DNA of 64,000 nucleotides from Mobula hypostoma (GCF_963921235.1 NC_086108.1:37820001-37884000); one strand, 5' to 3'. Counted from the stretch's first letter, positions 26,560 through 39,658 are shown. Notes: generated by a model from the letters alone, not told the origin. Numbers and translations: made by a program.

Positions 26560-27110
26560 ACCTTACGGTGCTGATGTGTTTGTTGCTGTCCTGTGAGAGA
26601 GGTTGTGCAGTATGAAGTTCAAGACAATGACCACTTTGCATTTGCTTGGCAAGCAGGCAAGGCATGAAATATCATCAAAGGCATTTTTCTACTGAAATCC
26701 TGATATTTTTGTGTGGTTTTGTGCACACAGGCTGTAAGAACCCTAAAGAACAGAGGGATTCATTTCTTCAAACAAGTGCTGACTGCTGAAAATGCTGGCA
26801 GTGAGGAGTCCTTTGTGTTGAAGGAGTGAAGCCTGCTTACTGGAAACATAAAATCATTGCTTTCATGATCTGTAATATATTACGCATTGGGGTGGAATGT
26901 TTAACAGATGATGAACAGGTGCAGATTCTTCAGGGGAACATGAGTATAGTTGCAACCTGCCCTCATGAAAACCCAGCAATACTGGAAAATCCCAGTTCCT
27001 AAGATACAGCCTGTTTTCATTGAAAATCATTTAGTCACCAATGAAGTGTCTAGGTGATCAATGCAGGGATATATGTCAGCTACTTGGCATGATCCCATAA
27101 CAGGAAATAT
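26560..27110 (-). mobile_element. Ancient PIF/Harbinger transposase relic
   Basis: Ordered degenerate motifs GFSSIAGF, YTHVPLK, FHPNA..ITDH and VIVLNFILHNL resemble HARBI1-type IAGFP..IDCTHV..GFHS.NVQ..CD..C.LHN. Confidence 0.5.
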
Positions 27111-27274
27111 ATTACACTCTGCAGAGAGAGCAGTCCAGGTATGAGGGCAAGCCAAATGTCTTACTCCTTTGTATCAACCTATTTGGAATCCCTGAACCTG
27201 TGAATGCATTATTTATTAGAGGTGAGGTTTGAAATGGTGTTTCTGAAACTTGGTGGGAATCGACTCTACTAGAT

Positions 27275-27489
27275 CAGTGGGCCCCAACCACCGGGCTGCG
27301 AGCATTTGCTACTGGACCGCGCGGAAACGATATGATTTGGCAATATGAAACGATATAAGTCAGCTGCACCTTCCCTCATTCCCTGTCAAACACTGTTGAA
27401 CTTGAACACACCACCCTCGGTCGGCCAGTCCGTAAGAATATCGTCAATATTAAACCAGTCCGCGGTATGCAAAAGGTTGGGGTCCCCTG
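27275..27489. mobile_element. Charlie3/MER1-like MITE (215 bp)
   Basis: TIRs cagtgggccccaacc / ggttggggtcccctg; TSD tactagat/tacaagat. The interior is the reverse complement of the ends of 22916-23812. Confidence 0.88.
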
Positions 27490-27752
27490 TACAAGATGGT
27501 GTTGATGGTGTTATGGCCCTTCCACCTCAAAGTCCTCACTCCACTAAGTTACCAGCATGGACATATCAACCCCTCAGTACAAATATCATTCCGTCCATGG
27601 AATTAGCAACTTGGTCACTAAATATTGGAGAAAACATTGAGCATTAGTTTAAGGACACAGCAGATTTCAGCAGGTGTTTGTGCAGCCTGTATTGACAGCT
27701 GTGTAACTCCCCAGTTTGGTCTCTGAATATGAACAGTTGTGGCACTTTAAAT

Positions 27753-29185
27753 CAGGGTTTCTCAACCGGGGTTCTGCGAGAGTTTGTCATATTAAGAAAT
27801 AAACACCGTCTTTTGAACTTGGTGCAACATGTGATGCTAGCAGTGGGCAGTGTCCGAGCAGCCCCATTAACAAATTCACTAGAGGTCTCTCAGCCTAGTA
27901 TGGCAGTGTGCATTAGGACCGTGTTTATTTGGTGTCCATTGTCAGCTTTTGACGCAAGATACGGGATGCCATTGATAATAGGTGAGCACTCTATTGTACT
28001 GTGGGAAGGACGGTAGGCTGATGGTGAGCGCTGTATTGTACCGTGGGGAGGACGGCAGGCTGATAGTGACGCTGTATTAGACTGTCGCAAGGACGGTAGG
28101 CTGATGGTGATCACTGTATTGTACTAAAGGGAGGACGGTAGGCTGATGGTGATCACTGTATTGTACTGAAGGGAGGACAGTAGGCTGATGGTGATCACTG
28201 TATTGTACTGAAGGGAGGACAGTAGGCTGATGGTGAGCACTGTATTGTACTGAAGGGAGGACGGTAGGCTGATGGTGATCACTGTATTGTACTGAAGGGA
28301 GGACGGTAGGCTGATGGTGAGTGCTGTATTGTACTAAAGGGAGGACGGTAGGCTGATGGTGAGCACTGTATTGTACTGAAGGGAGGACGGTAGGCTGATG
28401 GTGAGCACTGTATTGTATGGTGGGGAGGACAGTAGGCTGATAGTGAGCACTGTATTGTACTGAAGGGAGGATGGTAGGCTGATGAAGAACATGAAGTGCA
28501 TTTTCCAAGCATTGAATAGACCTGCCCGATTTGGGCTGTGATGTCAGCCTCTCCCTGTGTGAAATACACAAGATCTGTGTTTTACAGACATGTCTGTTGG
28601 TTCAGTGTGGTGAGTTTTGAAGAGAAGAAGTGAGATGGAAGAGGATTCTGGGCCTAGGCCTACGGACAATTCTGATAAGGTTAATGATGAAGAATTACAA
28701 TCTTCTGAGTTATTTCACTGCACTACTGCAACAACAGACACAAAAAAAATCCATCTTTACAATGAAAGTTACTTATCAAGGGGTTTTACATGGACTGGTG
28801 ATGCGAGCTGTCCTATTCCATTGTGCCTAGTCTGTGGCAAACAACTTAGAATGCAAGAATGACTCCAGCAAAACTGAAAAGACACTTTACTACAATGATT
28901 GTGTCACTTACTAAGACAATGCTTTTTCAAGGTCGTGTATAATATTATGTCTTCAAGGAAGATAAGCTTAGCTTAACTACCTGTTTTTTTCCCAAGAGAG
29001 GTGCCTAAAAAATCATTCTCTACTCAAAAGAGCATTGACAATTATTTTTGGATTACTGTATTTACAGCTTACTGATCAAGCTCACATACAGTGAGCTGTA
29101 AATATAATAATTTTTACGCAGGGGTTATCTGAGATCTGAAAATTATTTCAAGGGTTCCTCCAGGGAAAAAGGTTCAGAATGGTTG
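27753..29185 (+). mobile_element. Buster-type hAT non-autonomous element with a BED-finger remnant
   Basis: TIR cagggtttctcaacc / ggttcagaatggttg; TSD ctttaaat/ctctaaaa. YNESYLSRGFTWTG..PIPLCLVCG..KLKRH. Confidence 0.82.
27985..28487. repeat. 42-bp minisatellite, ~12 copies, inside the Buster element
   Basis: Unit gtattgtactgaagggaggacggtaggctgatggtgagcact. Confidence 0.95.
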
Positions 29186-30727
29186 CTCTAAAACGCGAGA
29201 ACAGCAGGAACCCAAAGGAATTTGCTGCTGATTTTACTGTGACTATTCCATGATGATGACAGTGTAACTGTCCTGCTCCTATTTATGTGGGTATAGTGGA
29301 AGTGGTATTATCCAAACATTGACATATTGAGTTGTGTGCCTTAGCCCAGGAAAATGACTAAACTGGATTATGTATCTAAGTGCTCTGACCATTTTCATGA
29401 CTGGTGCAACTTCCTTGAAAATAATTACTTGTATGATTCATACCAAGTAAAAGGGAATTCTGAACTATTTTTCGCAATGGAATCCAATTTCTAAGCATGT
29501 GGATATAGGGAAGGATCATTTGATCTGCTCAGGTACCATTTTGAGATGTATTTTATCATCTTGACTGTACTTTAATACCATCTGTTTGGAATTTTCCTAA
29601 AACTTCAGGTGCAGTTTAGAAAATGTGTGGCTCCAAACTTAAAAAAACGCAAGAAATAAGTAACCATACCTTGGGTCCTAGAGAACTATTGACTGGAAGA
29701 AATATGACACAAAATGAACAGATAATGGCATAATTCCTCATGCTGCATTTCAAAGCAACTTTTACCCTATCTATTTTTTTTTATTACTGGTAGAGCTTCT
29801 CAGAAGTAAACGTTACACATGTGATAAATACTGGTGGAACTTATTCTATCTCTGATATAATAATGGCACCTTTAAGTGGTAGTTTAACAGTACATAACTT
29901 ATCAGCAAGTTGGTAAAATGACAATGATGTAAGGAGAACCCTACATACATTAAATATAATAGTATTAAATTTGAGTTGAAGTTTTCAGTGGCAGTGGCAG
30001 GAATGAGGTAGAAATGGGGACCAATGATGATGATGACAACTTTAGGTCAAATTTGGTAAGGACAAGATGAAATGCATTACTTTCAGCACAGCTCTGGGTT
30101 GAACAGAAGGTGGAGCCCATGTGTAACAAACCCCGTGTAAATGATCAAGCAAAATCAGAGATGAAATCAGTTGTGAGGGAGCGAATTGCTCATGGGATTG
30201 GAGAGCTAAATACTGATCTTACACGTGCTGAAGCAAATTAGTAATTCAAGTAAAATCAATAGCTATAGTGCATAGTATGATGGAAATAAATTGTCAGGGC
30301 TTCAGAACTCTAAGGGGAAGTGCGGCCAAACATGCTGCAAGATCCTAGTTGACAACTGGGGCTGACTAACATTCAAATCTGGCCATGAGAAGCAGGAATT
30401 TTTAAATGAACTTTTAAAACAGGCTGTAAGCTGAAGAAAATCAACTGTCTGGTATATTCTCTGATTCCATTTGATCTAGCACTGCTAATTTACAGATTCA
30501 TGGAGAAGGAGCAGCCTTGAATTCATTCCCAAATCCTTTGGGAATGCTAATGTTGAAACTGCTGATCAGGTAATGTCCATTCATCAGCAGAGTAACCCAG
30601 ATGTTTTTCCATCAAACCACTTTGTAAGGCAATTCTCAAAATATCAAACAGGATGCCCTTCTCTTGGAAGGAACAAAAATAAATTAAACATTTTTAGAGA
30701 CAAACAGCAAACAGACAAAATTTCAGT

Positions 30728-32860
30728 AAAACACACAAAATGCTGGAGGAATTCAGCAGGCGAGGCAGCATATATGGAAAAGAGCAGTTCACGTTTCGGA
30801 CTGAAAACCTTCGGCAGGAATGGAGAAAAAGTGCTGAGGAGTAAATTTAAAAAGTGGGGGAAGGGGAGAGGGAAACACCAGGTGATAGGTGAAACCTGGA
30901 GGGGGAGGGATGAAGTAAAGAGATGGGAAGTTGATGGGTGAAAGAGTCAGACAGCCAAGGGAAAAAGAAAAAGGGGGAAGGATTGCCAGAAGGAAGCAAT
31001 AGGTGAGCAAGGAGATGAGCTAAGAGAGGGAAAAGGGGATGCAAAATGGAGAAGGGGGTGTGGTTGGGGGTATTACTGCAAGATTGAGAAATCGATGTTC
31101 ATGCCATCAGGTTGGAGGCTACCCAAACGGAAGATAAGGTGTTGTTCCTCCAACCTAAGTGTGGCCTCATCATGACAGTGTTGGAGGCCATGGACAGACA
31201 TATCGGAATGGGAATGGAAAGTGGAATTAAAATGGGTGGCCACTGGGAGATCCTGCTTGTTCTGGTGCACAGAACATAGATGCTTGGTGTAGCGGTCTCC
31301 CAATCTACGTCGGGTCTAACCGGTGTACAAAAGGCCACACCAGGAGCACCAAACACAGTAAATGACCCCAACAGACTCACAGGCAGTGTTGCCTCACCTG
31401 GAAGGATTATTTAGGGCTCTGGATAGTAGTGATGGAGGAGGAGTAGGGACAGGTGTAGCATCTGTTCCGCTTGCAAGGATAAGTGCCAGGAGGGAGATCA
31501 GTGGGGAGGGTGATTGGACAAGGGAGTCGCATATGAAGCGATCCCTGCAGAAAGCAGAAAGTGGGGAGTGGGGAGGGAAAGATGCGCTTGGTGGTGGGAT
31601 CCTATTGGAAGTGATGAAAGTTTCAGAGAATTATGTGTGGGATGCGGAGGCTGGTGGAGTGGTATGTAAGGACAAGAGGAACAACATCCCTGGTAGTGTG
31701 GGAGGGGGATTGGGTAAGAACAGATGTGTGTGAAATGGAAGAGATGCGGTTGAGGAAGGGAAGCCCCATTCTTTGAAAAAGGAGGACATCTCCTTTGTTC
31801 TAGAATGAAAAGCCTCATCCTGAGAGCAGATGCGGTGGAGATGGAGGAATTGAGAAAAGGGGTTGGTGTTTTTACAAGTTGCAGGATGGGATGAGGTGTA
31901 GTCGGGGTAGTTGTGACAGTCCATGGGTTTGTAATAGATATCAGTGGATAAGCTGTCTCCAGGGGACAGATACAGTTAGATTGAGAAAGGAAGGGAGGGG
32001 TTGGAAATGGATCAAGTGAATTTGAGGGCAGGGTGGAAGCTGGAGGCAAAGTGGATGAAGTTGATGAGTTCAGCACGGGTGCAGGAAGCACCTCCAATGC
32101 AGTCATCAATGTAGCATAGGAAAAGTACGGGACAGTCACCAGTGTAGGCTTGCAACATTGACTGTTTCACGTAGCTGACAAACAGGTAGGCATAGCTAGG
32201 ACCCATGCAAGTGCCCATGGCTACCCCTTTTGTTTGAAGGAAGTGGGAGAAGCCAAAGGAGAAATTATTTAGAGTGAGAACAAGTTCTGCTAGGCAGAGG
32301 AGAGTGGTGGTGGAGGGGAACTGTTTAGGTCAGGTGTCCAAAAAAAAATGAAGAGCTCTGAGGTCTTCCTGGTGGGGGATAGAGGTGAATAGGGACTGGA
32401 CATCCATAGTAAAAATGAGATAATGGGGGCCAGGGAACTCGAAATCTTTGAAAAGATCAGAAGTGTGTGAGGTGTCACGGATGTAGATAGGAAGGGAATG
32501 AACGGGGGGGGGTGGATAAAACAGAGTCAAGGTACGCTGAAATGAGTTCAGTGGGGCAGGAACAAGCTGAAACCTGGACAAGTGGGTTTGTGGACCTTGG
32601 GTAGGAGGTAGAAACAGGTGTGGGGTGCAGGAACTATGAGGTTGGTAGCGGTGGATGGGACATCCTCAGATTCAGTAAGGTTGGTGACAGTGTGGGAGAC
32701 AATGGCCTGGTGTTCCTTAGCGGAGTCCTGTTCAGGGGTTAGTAAGAGGAGGTGTCTGAGATTTGGCTCCGGGCCTTAGCAAGGTAGAGGTCAGTATGCC
32801 TGACTGGAACACTGCAGCACCTGCCTTGTCTGTGGGTTTGTTGGTGAAGTTAGGATCTCA
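30728..32860 (-). mobile_element. Penelope-like element (RT + GIY-YIG), decayed
   Basis: TMDVQSLFTSIPH, MGTCMGPSYA, YIDD, PFSQFL..RICS, PVATHFN and EQHLIFRLGSLQPDGMN motifs. Confidence 0.93.
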
Positions 32861-33574
32861 GTAAAGAAGGGCAAACAAAAGTGTACATGTGTGTGTGGAA
32901 GGTGGAAGATGGAAGATGGTGAGGGGGTGGTATCCCTCAAATGAAATTGTCATGTATATGTATATGACAATTATTAGATAAAGGATGGATCAGGACAAAC
33001 TTCAGCACCTTGCAAGGATGTTGTGAATAGAACTGTTCACCTGCCCATGTGGGGAGACACTTATTTGAGTGATTTTCAGGATGAGTTATGGTAATTAAAA
33101 CAGTGCTTATGGGTTTTATTTAAAATTAAAGACAGAATATTAGAGGGAGGATTGCAGGAATAAGTTAGACAGGGTGATAGGCTGTCCAGACGGAAATTAG
33201 TTCTTTCAAGTGACTACTGGAGTGAATTGCATTCACAATTAGAGAAAGCTGCATTTGCATGCAAGTTGAATTTAGATTTAAGACTTAAAACTGTGTGAGC
33301 CCATTTAAGTAGAGAGATAAAACGAGTGCACTGAATTTTGCAGTCCTTTAAAATTGTATGTCACCTTGGAGTGCTTAGTTAGGCAGAAAGTGCTTAACTT
33401 TTAGCCTTAAGAAAGTTTTAAAGGAGGTCGGACTTGTGCTGTCCTGTTCAAGCCAATCTGAAGATAGGTATAAGATTTGTTAACCTAGGGGCTATGAAAC
33501 TGAATATACTTTGTGTTGGGCTACTCAGATCATCTAGTACAACCTGTACTGAAATGAAACAAAAGTTATAGAAG

Positions 33575-34180
33575 AGTACAGAACAGAAACAGACCCTTCA
33601 GGCCATCTAGTCTATGCCAAGCCACTTCAACTGCCTACTCTCATCAACCTGCATGTGGACAATAGCTCTCCACACCCCTACCATCCGTGTACCTATCCAA
33701 ACTTCTCTTAAGTGATGACATTCAGCTCACGTGCACCACTTGTTCTGGCAGCTTGTTCCACATTCCCATAATCCTCTGAGTAACCAAGTTTCCCCTCATG
33801 TTCTCCTTAAACCTTCCTGTAGGTAGGTGACCAAAACTGTACACAATACCTCAACAACATCTTATATAACTTCAACAAAACATCCCATCTCCTGCACACA
33901 ATACTTTGATTTGTGAAAGCCAACGTGCCAAAAGCTTTCTTTATGACCCTATCTACATATGACGATCCTCTCAATGAACTATGGACCTGTATTTCCAGAT
34001 CCCTTTGTTCCATCGCACTTCTCAGTGTCCTACTGTTCATTGTGTAAGACCTACCCTGGTTGGTCCTACTGAAGTGCAACACTTCGCACTTGTCTGCATT
34101 AAATTCCATCTGCCATTTTTCAGCCCATTTTTTTCAGCTGGTCCAGATCCCGCTGTAAGCTCTGATAGTCTTTCCTGATG
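33575..34180 (-). mobile_element. CR1 3' fragment
   Basis: MEFNADKCEVLHF..EQRDL..YCVQFWSP. Confidence 0.9.
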
Positions 34181-34499
34181 TCCAGAACAGCAAGGAAGTT
34201 GTTGACATTTTATTTTAAAAAATGTAATGCTTTGCTTTTTTAAAAAAAAGTTTATATTAAATAGTAGCAATATTGATTAATTTCAGTCAATTAATTACAT
34301 AGTAAACGAAAGTATTAATTGTATTATTTTAAAATATTTTTTAAACTCGTTTCACAATTGAAATAGAATACATGGTCATCATCATGTTGTTGTTCTTGAA
34401 TCTGCTGTGCATAAATGTACTACTATATTTCAAACAGTAACTTTGATATATTATTTGTGGTGGAAGAGGAGAACAGTATCCTAGACATTCTGAAGAAAC

Positions 34500-36815
34500 T
34501 ACAATGGAAAATATTTAATGAGAGCTGATGGCTCCAAGAACATTCTATCCTTAGTTATTCTGGGGCAGCATGTTACTGCTAAGGAAAAGACTGAAGCATT
34601 TGCACCCACGTTCTACTAGAAATGCCAACATAAGATCCATTCTGGTGTCCGCCTGAGATTCCTGCCATCATAGAAGCTGATTCCATTCACTTCACTTGAC
34701 ATTGAGAAACGCCTGAGAGCACAGGATACAGTAAAGCCTATGGAACCACGTAACTTCCGGCCTATAGTATTGATGACCTCCAACATTAGTGTCCTACTAG
34801 TCAAGTTACCACAGTTCAGTTACAACACTGGCATCAACCCAACGATGTAGAATCAACTTCAAGGTATATCTGGTTCACAAAATGCAGCATAAATGCAATT
34901 CAGCAAAAGACCTTGCCTAATCAGGATATTATTAGTCTTCAGCAAAGTAATTGCTTGTGCTATTAATCATGGAGCAAATAGCTGAATTCCAGAGGTGTAT
35001 GTCTTCCTTTGTCTTCAAGTTGCTATTGGCACGATGTGGCATTAAGGTGTCTGGGTCCTAGCCTCAGCTATCTTCAATTGTTTCATCAATGGCTCCTTTA
35101 CCCATCATGAAGTCAGGAGTGGAAACATTCACAATATTCAAATTCCATTCACAACTCCTCAGTAAATGAAGTACATGCTTACATGTAGCAGGAGATGAAT
35201 AACATTTGAGTCTGGGCTGATACGTGGCAATGACTATTTCCAAATTGAAAAAGTCTAACCAATTACACCTGACATTCACTGGCATTACTATCACTATATC
35301 ACTTACTATCAAAACCCTGGGGGAGGTTTAGTCTGTATAATTAACTCAACTGGATAAAAGAAATAAATACCGTTAGCTTCAAGTGTACATCAGGGCTGTG
35401 TATTCTGCAGCATGTGGCTCTCTTTCTTCCACCCCAAGGATTTTCCACCATCTACAAGGCACAAGTCGGGATCTCTTGTCAGACACTCTGCTTGACTGGA
35501 TGAACAGGGTGTCAACAACTCTCAAAAAGCTCGACATCCAGCAGGCCAGTTTCTCATTTTTCCATCAACAATACTAAACTTTCATTGGCGCTGCTTCCTG
35601 CACGCATGCAGAACTCGTTGACTTTATTGCATTGGCGCTGCTTCCTGCACGCATGCAGAACTCGTTGACTTTATTAACTTTGCCTCCAACTTTCACCCTG
35701 CCCTCAAGTTTACCTGGTCCATTTCCAACACCTCCCTCCCCTTTCTAGATCTTTCTGTCTCTGTCTCTGGAGACAGCTTATCCACTGATGTCTACTATAA
35801 GCCTATTGACTCTCACAGCTATCTGGACTATTCCTCTTCTCACCCTGTCTCTTGCAAAAACGCCATGCCCTTCTCGCAATTCCTCCGTCTCCGCCGCATC
35901 TGCTCTCAGGATGAGGCTTTTCATTCTAGGACGAGGGAGATGTCTTCATTTTTTAAAGAAAGGGGCTTCCCTTCCTCCACTATCAACTCTGCTCTTAAAC
36001 GCATCTCCCCCATTTCACGTACATCTGCTCTCACTCCATCCTCCCGCCACCCCACTAGGAATAGGGTTCCCCTGGTCCTCACCTACCACCCCACCAGCCT
36101 CTGGGTCCAACATATTATTCTCCGTAACTTCCGCCACCTCCAACGGGATCCCACCACTAAGCACATCTTCCCCCCCCACCTCTCTCTGCATTCCGCAGGG
36201 ATCGCTCCCTACACAACTGCCTTGTCCATTCGTACCCCCCATCCCTCCCCACTGATCTCCCTCCTGGCACTTATCCGTGTAAGCAGAACAAGTGCTACAC
36301 ATGCCCTTACACTTCCTCCCTTACCACCATTCAGGGCCCCAAACAGTCCTTCCAGGTGAGGCAACACTTCACCTGTGAGTCGACTGGGGTGATATACTGC
36401 GTCCGGTGCTCCCGATGTGGCCTTTTATATATTGGCGAGACCCGTCGCAGACTGGGAGACTGCTTTGCTGAACATCTACGCTCTGTCCGCCAGAGAAAGC
36501 AGGATTTTCCAGTGGCCACAAATTATTCCAACTGCAAAATGAGCTGGACAACACTCCCAAACCCATATCATCTGCTAGCAAGACAGACAAGGATTGGAGA
36601 TGCACAAGAACACCACCACCTGCAGGTCTGCACCAAGACATACACATTCTGAACTGGAAATACACGAGTGATCTTTAGCCATTGCTGAGTCTAACTCCAA
36701 CTCCTGGAATTCCCTCTCACACAGCACTCTGGGAGCAGTTTTACCAGAAAGACCACAATACAAGCAATGAGAGATGGGCAATCAATGCTGATTTTTGCAA
36801 GCAATGCCTGGATTC
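34500..36815 (+). mobile_element. Old LINE (CR1/L2-group) interrupted by Penelope
   Basis: Degraded RT-like sequence (GVLGP.., TIYKAQV), with the 3' region resuming after 36520. Confidence 0.55.
35583..36520 (+). mobile_element. Young Penelope-like fragment (RT C-terminus + GIY-YIG)
   Basis: PFSQFLRLRRICS and FTCESTGVIYCVRCSRCGLLYIGETRRRL. Confidence 0.93.
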
Positions 36816-38524
36816 TGAAAATGAATTTCAAGGAAGGAAGAAGGCACCACAACATTGATCTAAAATGTGCCAGATACAGCCAACACTTGACACTTCACGG
36901 TCTTAGAATCCTCTGATGCAATGACACTGCCTCAACCATTCCACAAAGCAGAGTGGAAAGTGAGCATCAGAGTAGGCCTCAAGCTTTATGTCCAAGGCCA
37001 CAGACCACCCTGTTAGCCTTCTGCCAATTCATTTTGTCAGATAATCTTTTCCATTGATTATAACTGACTGTCACCATCAGAAGAATTCGACTGGAAGTAG
37101 AATTATATCTTTAAAAGAAAGTTAATTATTATTACAAAATATTAACTGAAGTTTTTTCTCATGATGGTTAAAACATCAATATCAACTAAAATGGAAAGCA
37201 AAATAAACAACTTTGTTTCACTTACTATTTTAATAATGGCCAGTTACCATGTTCAAATGAATGGATGTTAGATAGGTGTCATACACAAAGTGTACCCAGC
37301 CACTCTTTCCGGTACAGTCAGGAACCATTGCGGGACTCCATTCAGAGTCCAACGGTGAAGGGGATGTTTAATGACTCCACTGCATCCCATTTCTAGAAGC
37401 TGGCTGCATGCTTATGGAACATTCTCCCCCTCTTAGTGTAGCTCCTAGCTATAGAACCACCAGCAGTGATATAGCCCATACACCGAACCAAAATACATGC
37501 AACAGCAAAATAATAACGGGATGAACAGGCGATATCTCTAAAAAAACATACTTGTTTTCCATGACAGGGTTTAAAGGAAATAGAGTGGAGCACTTTACTT
37601 ATTAGAATGTTAATCTTACAAAGTTTTGATATTTTGGGATTATTCCCTTAATTTTACATTGCATTTAGTCTGCTGTTTAAGGTGTAAAGGCCATTTCAAA
37701 GCAGTTAGTTTAATAGGTGTTATCACAATATTACTAAAGTCCATAATTAAACATAGAGTGTCTGCACTCCTTTATCAAAGAGAACCAACAAAGACATTCA
37801 CGAGGTAGGTCATCCCTACTGAAATGCATTGATTTTTTTTTAAGTGTTTATTAAACTGGTGAATGCAACATACACTATATTTGTTCATACGACCTTCTGG
37901 AGGGGGCTTGATTAAGTCTCTCACAGTAAATTAAATTTCATTGAACTGCAGGGGTATGATTAACCTGGTTAGTAAAGTAGCTGAGCAGGAAGGATCAAAG
38001 GTTAGGGATAAATGGACTGTTATGCAAACATGCAGAAGTTTGCTTGTGGAATTCTGCAAAGTATTGGATATGGTGGGATGTAACTATTTGCTAAATAATT
38101 AAGCAACATAAATCATAGGACAGAAAGCCATCTACAGAGGTTTTCGAATTATTCCATGATTTGCATCATTGTAAGCAATGTAGATAGATGCATTATAAAG
38201 GTTAAGCAAATGCCAGAGCTGTGGGAAATGGTTTTCCCATTTGAATCTTAAAAGTGAGAAGCCAGAAACTGTACGATCTAAAGAAGCATAGAGGTTCACC
38301 TAAGACTAAGCTATTATTGAAAAGAACAAAACAAATAAACATGCAAATTGTTATTCAGCATTCTGGCATAGGAGGTGCCAATTACAGCAATATAAAATGT
38401 TGGTTTGACAACTTCTGGAATGCTTTGCACTACAGACAAGGAACAATATTTGGAGTCAATACATTAGATAGATGCCCAGAATTAAGTTATAAGGAGAAAT
38501 CCTACCAAGTTTGAAGTTAATAAC

Positions 38525-38848
38525 ATCTCCTTCTACCTTAGGACATGGACTTATCAATCACCCCTGATGAGTTATTAACTTCAAAGTTTCTGCTTAATCA
38601 CTCAAGGAGTTGAACTGCATGTGCATGTAATGAGAGCTGTATAACTCACCTCCTTCTACCTTAGACCACAAACTTATTAATCACCCCTGCTGTGGACACT
38701 TTCTGGAGGTCCAAGGTCCGTATGCTCCACGACTGCTGGACTAAGTGTGTAAATGTAGGAGGGGACTATGTTGAAAAATAAATGTGCTGGGTTTTCTAAA
38801 ATTGACTCCTTCTACCTTAGGCCACAAACTTTTCAATCATCCCTCGTA
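38525..38848 (+). mobile_element. Mariner-derived non-autonomous element
   Basis: Transposase C-terminus HDCWTKCVNVGGDYVEK*; terminal ...tcatccctcg-TA. Confidence 0.8.
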
Positions 38849-39442
38849 ATGTATCAAACATAATAAAGACTAGAGTTTGACCTTACATGATTTAACTTTG
38901 GAAATTCAGCAATATGCAGTGAGTAGCAGGAGTTTGAAAATTACCTCTGCAACCAGCAATGCCAAATCAGTTCTTAATTTTAAATCTGAGATTGGTTTGC
39001 AAAAATCCATTAAAGGTATTCGTGGATGGAGCAAAGGTAGAATATGGACTTATGCCACCAATCAACCAGGGTCTCACCCACTGGAAATCAATTGAGTTGG
39101 ACCATCAATCAACCAGGGGTCTCAAGGCCTTGAGCTTATGAATGGCCTACCCTTATTCTTATACATGTTAGTCATTATGAAGTCATATAATGTTCCTTAT
39201 GAATGCAAATCCTTTCTTTTCTTTAGTCTTTTGATACATGATGCAGGCAGAAGCTGCAAATTTGATTTTCCATAGAGATGGAAAGTCACTACTAATACCA
39301 AAATTGTTAAAGCAATACAGTATACACATTTTCAGTTTAAAAACAGCATCAAGGTGACAGTGCTGTTTCAAAGTTGTTTTGCATGGTGATTAAATCATAT
39401 CACTCATTACCATTTCTAAGCACAGTAAACACTTCCACTCAC

Positions 39443-39658
39443 TGTGTTGTGAAACCATCTGTTCTACCTCCCCTGGACCTTGGAAGAGAATGGCTGCAAG
39501 GGCAGTCAATTCTTTGTATTAAGTGACAGCTATCAAAGCCTTTGAAAGGGCAAGGAAACAAGGTAGCTAGAAATTGTACAGGATAGAAGACCCCTGAACT
39601 GAAATTCTTCTTGCAGTAATGGAGTGGGGCTCCTAAGCATCTGCCATTACAGTATAAT
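39443..39658 (-). CDS. Candidate 216-nt Cys-rich KCNT2 cassette exon
   Basis: tactttgccacag|A TTA TAC TGT...ACA ACA CA|gtgagt. 72 codons, open in the KCNT2 phase-2 frame at both ends; the pyrimidine tract is modest. Confidence 0.25.

Noticed and set aside
26567-26742. Exon-like segment (ttctttag ... |gtaagg)
   Set aside because: Stop in the KCNT2 frame; overlaps the Harbinger relic.
27985-28487. CRISPR-like regular repeats
   Set aside because: Contiguous tandem units with no unique spacers; vertebrate DNA; no cas genes.
28077-28571. 164-aa ORF with 14-aa repeats
   Set aside because: Translation of the 42-bp minisatellite within a transposon.
37393-37537. Minus-strand ORF after a tttttttag acceptor in phase 2
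   Set aside because: Runs to a stop with no convincing in-phase donor; no recognisable homology.
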